The position numbers and the translations under genes were made by a program. From positions 265,210-329,209 of the forward strand of contig CAWJOH010000015.1 of the NCBI GenBank assembly GCA_963844455.1: a stretch of 64,000 bases of DNA, written 5' to 3'. This DNA is from an uncultured Actinomycetota bacterium. GTDB taxonomy: Bacteria > Actinomycetota > Actinomycetes > Mycobacteriales > Nakamurellaceae. The notes below the pieces were generated by a model. The model saw nothing but the letters and a program-made list of their open reading frames with translations, did not search any database and was not told the origin of the DNA. This document shows, in pieces, positions 58,620 through 64,000 of this stretch (the first letter of the stretch is position 1; each line of letters begins with the position of its first letter).

Positions 58620-59009
58620 GTGGCGGACACCCTCGATGCGGCGAGTCGTGGGAAGGACCTGGCGCGGTTGCTCGGCGGAGGTGGGCTCGCCGGCCTGGTC
58701 CTCCTGGGCGCCGGCGATCTCGCCTCGTATGTCTTCAGCCGGGCGCCCGCCGTCCTGCTGCCGATCTTCGGGGTGGCCGTGCTGATCACCGGGTGCCTGA
58801 TCGGGCTGGCGTACTCGAATTTTGACGCGCAGGCGCGGACGGTGCAGCGACTGCTGGACGCGGGCACCCTGGCCCCAGCGGCCCCAGCGCCCGGTCAGGA
58901 ACGCCTGCGCAGGGCCAGCGCCTTCCGCTGGGCGTCGATGGTGGCGCTGCTCGTCACCGCGTTGATCCTCGTCACGGCGTGCTGCTTCGTCTGGCTCGAT
59001 CCGCGTTAG
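58620..59009 (+). CDS. Small 3-TM hypothetical membrane protein
   Basis: Three hydrophobic stretches in ORF 58578..59009; start uncertain. Confidence 0.5.
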   Translation: MADTLDAASRGKDLARLLGGGGLAGLVLLGAGDLASYVFSRAPAVLLPIFGVAVLITGCLIGLAYSNFDAQARTVQRLLDAGTLAPAAPAPGQERLRRASAFRWASMVALLVTALILVTACCFVWLDPR

Positions 59010-59250
59010 GAGGCACTAACCGCACTTGGTCCTGGAACTGAAAGCTGATCCTGTTCAGGTCCTCGACCCGCTTCTTGCTGTCGCGCGCCGAATCGTCTTT
59101 GCGGGACGAGAACATCACTCACATTGCGGCCGCATCGCCGCCGGCCGATCAGTGATCCGACGATCGTCTCAGTCCAGGACAACGTTATCGGCGGCACCGG
59201 AATCCTGACCTTCGTGCGGCCTGCCGCCGACTAGCGCGCTCAACGGTGAA

Positions 59251-59282
59251 GCGGGGGGCGGTCCCGCGGGGCCGCCCCCCGT
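59251..59282 (-). terminator. Hairpin downstream of the aminopeptidase
   Basis: GCGGGGGGCGGTCCC-GC-GGGGCCGCCCCCCGT inverted repeat. Confidence 0.6.
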
Positions 59283-59299
59283 TGACGCGCTCTACGGCT

Positions 59300-60990
59300 C
59301 TAGGCCCTCGCGCCGTGGGCGAGGCCGCCGCCGCCCTCCTCGGCGAAGGTGCCTTCAGGTCCGGCCGGAGCCGGCAGGTTGAACGCCGGACCGGGGACCT
59401 TCTTGCCCGGCACACCGTTCACCGACTCCGTCGAGTACCCGAAGGTCAACATGGCGAACGCGATCAGGTCGCTGTTGACCTCGAGCGCATGCAGGTCGAC
59501 GTTCTCGTAGGTGTCGCAGGCCTGGTGGTAGCACTGGTCGAACGGCTCGCCAGCGGTTCCGCCCCAGATCGCCTCCTGCTCGTCGGTCTTGGGTACCTCC
59601 GCGCCGGTGAAGAGCCCGCTCGACGGGATACCGGCCAGGATGAACGCCTCGTAGTCACTGCGACCGGAGAACTCGGTGTCGTCGTACGGCTCGCCGATCG
59701 CGGTGTAGTAGCTCTCGTAGACGTCCTCGATCTCTTCGGAGCCGGCCGGCACGGGCACCGGTGCCTCGAACGTCGACTCGTCGGCGTCGTACACCATGAA
59801 GATGTAGTTGGGCGACCCGACCATGTCGTAGTTCATGTAGAGCGCGATGCGGTCCCGCTCGGCCTGGGAGAGCCCCTCGACGTAGTCCGCCGAACCGATC
59901 AGCCCCTGCTCCTCGCCGGCCCACCACGCGAAGCGGAGGGTGTTCGGCAGGTTGGAGTTGGCCATCATGAGCGCCGTCTCCAGCAGAGCCGCTGAGCCCG
60001 AGCCGTTGTCGTTGATCCCCGGGCCCTCGATCACGCTGTCGAGGTGAGCACCGGCCATCACGACGTTGTCCTCGTTCTTGCCGGGCAACTCGGCGATCAC
60101 GTTGTAGTCGGTGCGGGTCTCGGCCGGCGGGACGTTGACGTATGCCGTCGAGCCCGGCCGCGCCAGCAGCACGCCGTCAGTCGAAGCTGGCTCCCACCAC
60201 CGGGATCCCGTGCGTGATCGTCCGGGGCACCGGGATTGGCTCATCCGGCGCTCGTTGCATCGCCGATGATCAGTCCCGAACGGTCGGGGCGTTGCCCTGG
60301 TTGAAGATGATCACTGCCGATGCGCCGGCGGCTCGGCGTAGTCACGGCCTTGAGTGCGAAGCAGCACCTACCGCGCTGGATCAGGGCGATGTCCGGCGGT
60401 GAAGCCGGCGAAGTCGTCAGGCCCAGCGGGATCGGCCAGGATCGGGGCGCCCACCGCCGCCTCGGTGAAGCTCCCTCGCAGCCACTCGTGCTGGCGCGCG
60501 GCGGCGTGAGATCGATATCGACCGGGGTGACCGTGCGCGGTCGACCTCACCCGAACCGCTGCCGGTGAAGACACCGGTCTCGTAGTCTGCGGGCGGCGCT
60601 GGGGTGAGCTGGCGCAGCTCCGCCGGGAAGTTGAAGGTGATCTCGACCGGGTCGAGCGTCACTTCGTAACCGGCTTCACGAAGCAGGCCGGCGACGTACT
60701 CGACGCTCTCCGCGTAGCCGACGGTGCCCGCAGCCCGCGTGCCCGGGTAGACCGGATCAGTCGCTGTTGTCGGCGATCTTCTGCAGGGCCGCCTGGTGCT
60801 CCCGGACACCCTCGAGCGTCACACACTCGAGCAGCTTCTGGTACGTGTTGTTGTTCCGGTTGTCGCAGGCGTCGCCGGGCGCGGCGGTCGCCGCCTGCAC
60901 CGGCAGCAGCACGGTGGTGAGCGCTGCGATAGCGCCCACGGCCGCTACGCGTAACGCACCTTTGCGCGACGCCAGTCCTGGGAAGGACAT
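59300..60990 (-). pseudogene. Secreted PA-domain M28 aminopeptidase, broken by several frameshifts (real or assembly error)
   Basis: Signal peptide plus CDNRNNNTYQKLLEC (60757-60990), TRAAGTVGYAES (60540-60760), intact catalytic end GAHLDSV, GINDNGSG, GEEQGLIGS, NYDMVG, DQCYH. Confidence 0.85.
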
Positions 60991-61834
60991 GAATGTGTTC
61001 CCTTCGCTGTGATTTCGAGCCATGTTCGGGCTCCCTAGGACGGTCACGGTATGGCAACGGCCGAGGATGCGCCAGGGGTGGACCCGACCACAGATTGCCC
61101 GAGGAACGTGGAACCAGCGTGACCGTTCAGTGACCCACGCACCGGCCAGACGGGCGACGACGGCACGATCGCGCGGATGACCGGATCGGTCGCGACGTCC
61201 AGCTCCGGCGCACCTGTGCGACGACCACGGCGGGTCACGGCCACCACCACGACCTGCCCGATCGTTCGCACAGCATCCAGATCCGCACCCTGACCGGCCA
61301 CCGGCTGAACGAGAAAGTCATCGGTGTCTCCCCCACCACGCGGGCCGATGGCCAGGGAACGGCACCTGCCCCATGTCCTGGCCGCGGTGCACACCGGGTC
61401 AGGGTGCCGCACACGCGGAACTCGCCGCGGGTGCGGTCGTCGCGGTCCTCGCCGCGACCCGTGGACGTCCGGGGAGTGATCGGGTTTCCGCTCTCGAGGT
61501 GTTCGACCCTACGACGCGATCGCCAACGTGTCCGCCTGGACGTTGACCGACGGCGAGGGGCGACCGCCCGGGTTGTGCCGCTCTCGGCCTCGTCGGCTGC
61601 CTCTGCTGGCATTCGCCCCACAGGTCCGCGATCACCGGAATCGCCGCCCTGGCCATCGGTGTCCACGCCGACCGGACTGATTCGATCCGCAACCACCCCG
61701 CACGGTGTCCACGTCGCGCAGCTTCGCCGGTGACGGACCAGGTCGATCCCGACGACCCGGTCGTCGACACGATCTGCAGGCAGGCGACTCTCCGAGCGTG
61801 TCCGTGACGGGCGACTCCGCAATCGATCAGCGCC

Positions 61835-62171
61835 TCAGAAGTGTGGACCCATTTTCTTCGGCCCAGGGAACGGAGGGCATTCGATCAGGGTGTAGCAGAT
61901 GACGCTGCCGGCAAATTCGTCGAAAGTGCAGACTTCGCACAGTCCGTCGGGAGTCATACTCGAATCGGCACTGTCCGGAACGATGCCGAACAATGTCTGA
62001 CGATTTCCGTCGGGGTCCTCCGCTTCGTAGCGGGTGGCTTTCCCATCCGAGACGTAGGCCACGGATCTTTGCGCCGCCCGGGGTGACCTTGACTACCTGC
62101 CGCCCATCGTCCAAACCCTGGACGGAAATACTCTCGTCTACTTGGGCGAACGTTCTCTGCCGCATGGCCAT
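61835..62171 (-). CDS. About 111-aa hypothetical protein with Cys-rich tail, split by one extra base
   Basis: ORFs 61827..62171 and 61835..62062 join at GGAKI/VAYVSDG if one C near 62063 is removed; span is 337 nt (3n+1); purine-rich RBS. Confidence 0.5.
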
Positions 62172-62419
62172 GTTCTTCCCACCTTCCGTTCCAGACCGGT
62201 GAAAAGGCCTCCTGCCGGCGCCGGAATCAGTGTGTTCTTCCGCCTTGTCGGGGTCAAGCCGGTTTCCGTCGACCGAGGGAAGGTCGCTACTCAGCCCACT
62301 CTGACCCTCGCTTTGCCGGAGCGAAGTCCCCCCGACTGGTGTGGGCGGGCGCGACGCCGCGGCGAGGTCGACGTCCGAGACCGCTCACGGCCAGCACGTC
62401 GGCCGGGGTCAACAACCGG

Positions 62420-62485
62420 CCTTCCCCCGTCCTTCCCGCACGGGACCGTCGGGGGAAGGACCGGGGAAGGGCGGGTTCGTAGCGT
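62420..62485 (+). promoter_or_regulatory. Phased CCTTCCC/GGGAAGG boxes and -10 element upstream of the OsmC gene
   Basis: CCTTCCC at 62420 and 62431, GGGAAGG at 62453 and 62464, TAGCGT at 62480. Confidence 0.6.
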
Positions 62486-62530
62486 TCGCGGCGTCGTCAT
62501 GGACCACCGAGACACGAGGGAGAAACCACC

Positions 62531-63115
62531 ATGACCAACACCACCCAGGTCCGGCCCGCCCGCAACGGCGTCGACGTGCCCACGCTCTTCGCCACGCTTG
62601 ATGCGGTGAGGGGAGCCCCGCAGATCGCGGACTTCCAGTTCCGCGCCGCGAACGAATGGATCAGCGGCACGCACAACCGCACGACGATCCAGGGTTTCTA
62701 CGGTGCCGGCCAGGAGGACACGAGCCGGACCGAGCCATTCACCTACGACGCCGACCACCCCGCCGTGCTGGTCGGCAACAACAACGGCCCGACGCCCGTG
62801 GAGTTCCTGCTGCACGCCATCGCCGCGTGCCTGACGTCGGGCCTGGCGAACATCGCCGCCGCCCGTGGGGTCACCCTGCACCGCGTCCGATCCACGGTCG
62901 AGGGCGACATCGATCTGCTGGGGATCCTCGGCCTGTCCGGCGACGTCCGGAACGGCTACCGGCAGATCCGGGTGTCGTTCGAGGTCGAGGGCGACGCATC
63001 GGCCGAGGAGCTGGCGGCGCTCGTCGAGCAGTCCAGGAGCCGGTCCGCCGTCTACGACGTACTGGTCAACGGCACCGATGTCGTGATCGACGTGACCACG
63101 CCCGGCGCGCACTGA
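62531..63115 (+). CDS. OsmC-family protein
   Basis: NGVDV, DADHPAVLVG, PTPVEFLLHAIAAC, EGDIDL.G.LG, RSAVYD. Confidence 0.88.
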   Translation: MTNTTQVRPARNGVDVPTLFATLDAVRGAPQIADFQFRAANEWISGTHNRTTIQGFYGAGQEDTSRTEPFTYDADHPAVLVGNNNGPTPVEFLLHAIAACLTSGLANIAAARGVTLHRVRSTVEGDIDLLGILGLSGDVRNGYRQIRVSFEVEGDASAEELAALVEQSRSRSAVYDVLVNGTDVVIDVTTPGAH

Positions 63116-63209
63116 CGACCGGACCGGTTCGGGTCGCGGTCAGGGACGACCGGACGCCGCGGCCCGAGCCGGCCCATCGATCGACACGAGACAGCAAGGA
63201 GCAGTGGCA

Positions 63210-64000
63210 ATGTCACACACCGACGTGGTGGTGATCGGGGCCGGCCAGGCCGGGCTGGCGGTGAGCAGACTGCTCAGCGACCGGGCTGTCGACCACGTCG
63301 TCCTGGAGCGGGGACGCACCGCCGAGCGGTGGCGCTCGCAGGGGTGGGACTCGCTGCGGCTGCTCACCCCGAACTGGTTGAGCCGCCTTCCCGGATGGGC
63401 CTACCGCGGGAGCGATCCCGCCGGGTTCATGCGCGGGCATGCGGTGGCCGGATACCTTGCCGACTACGCCGTCTCGTTCGCGGCGCCGGTCGTGGAGGGT
63501 GCCGGTGTCGTGGCCGTGCGCCCGCGCCGGTCCGGGTATCTCGTCGAGTCGACCGCTGGCGCTTTTCTGACCCGCGGGGTCGTGATCGCGACCGGCGCGT
63601 GCCAGCGCCCCGCCGTTCCCCCGCTCGCCGATTACCTGCATCCCTCCGTCGTCCAGCTGACGCCGGATCGCTACCGCAATCCGGACTCCGTTCCGGCCGG
63701 CGGGGTGCTGGTCGTCGGAGCCTCCGCCACCGGGGCTCAGCTGGCCGACGAGCTGGCTGCCGCGGGCCGCCGGGTGGTGCTCTCCGTCGGCAGGCACACC
63801 GGGGTGCCGCGCAGGTACCGCGGGCTGGACATCATGTGGTGGCTCGAGTCGATGGGCGTGCTGCACGACAAGCTGGCCGCGGACCGGCGCCGCCCCGGCC
63901 CGTCGCTGCAGCTGGTCGGTGGGCCCGACCAGCGGTCGATCGATCTGCGGTCGCTGGCCGAGCGCGGCGTCGAGCTCGCCGGGCGCCTTTCCGCGGTGGA
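63210..64000 (+). CDS. FMO/CzcO-like FAD/NAD(P)-dependent oxidoreductase (partial, runs off the window)
   Basis: Translated by hand: VVIGAGQAGL, WDSLRLLTPNW, ATG, YRNP, VLVVGASATGAQLADEL, PRRYRGLDI. Confidence 0.88.
   Translation, partial: MSHTDVVVIGAGQAGLAVSRLLSDRAVDHVVLERGRTAERWRSQGWDSLRLLTPNWLSRLPGWAYRGSDPAGFMRGHAVAGYLADYAVSFAAPVVEGAGVVAVRPRRSGYLVESTAGAFLTRGVVIATGACQRPAVPPLADYLHPSVVQLTPDRYRNPDSVPAGGVLVVGASATGAQLADELAAAGRRVVLSVGRHTGVPRRYRGLDIMWWLESMGVLHDKLAADRRRPGPSLQLVGGPDQRSIDLRSLAERGVELAGRLSAV

Noticed and set aside
61000-61830. Short ORFs upstream of the aminopeptidase
   Set aside because: No consistent frame or recognisable motif; may be decayed or error-rich sequence, so left uncalled

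Overview
GC-rich actinobacterial chromosomal window. The left third (about 1-21.5 kb) keeps the conserved actinobacterial gene order mtr - map - PBP - GNAT - ispG - rip1 - dxr - DUF2631 - rlmN. It is interrupted by an MFS exporter, a MEDS/anti-sigma gene and a mannitol PTS operon (mtlA-mtlF-mtlD) that ends in a two-domain, eukaryotic-type 6-phosphofructokinase. Next come a fructose PTS operon with ptsH/ptsI and a LacI-controlled ABC importer/SDR/hydrolase locus beside an AhpD-like protein and a thioredoxin. The right part is an accessory-looking patchwork: ECF42-YciI, malic enzyme with a truncated dctA, a methyltransferase/BTAD regulator pair, lutABC, MMPL-LmeA, a SAP-domain protein, an M28 aminopeptidase, and OsmC with a flavoprotein. 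Several genes carry small indels that could be assembly errors. No rRNA, tRNA, CRISPR array or transposase was recognised. Best leads: (1) the eukaryotic-type PFK whose regulatory half keeps the catalytic Asp; (2) shared sequence blocks in the long 5' leaders of both PTS operons; (3) an orphan-substrate LacI regulon with two visible operators; (4) a helical-plus-SAP protein next to a hydrolase; (5) a hidden Cys-rich small protein split by one base. All calls come from reading motifs by eye; no searches were run.
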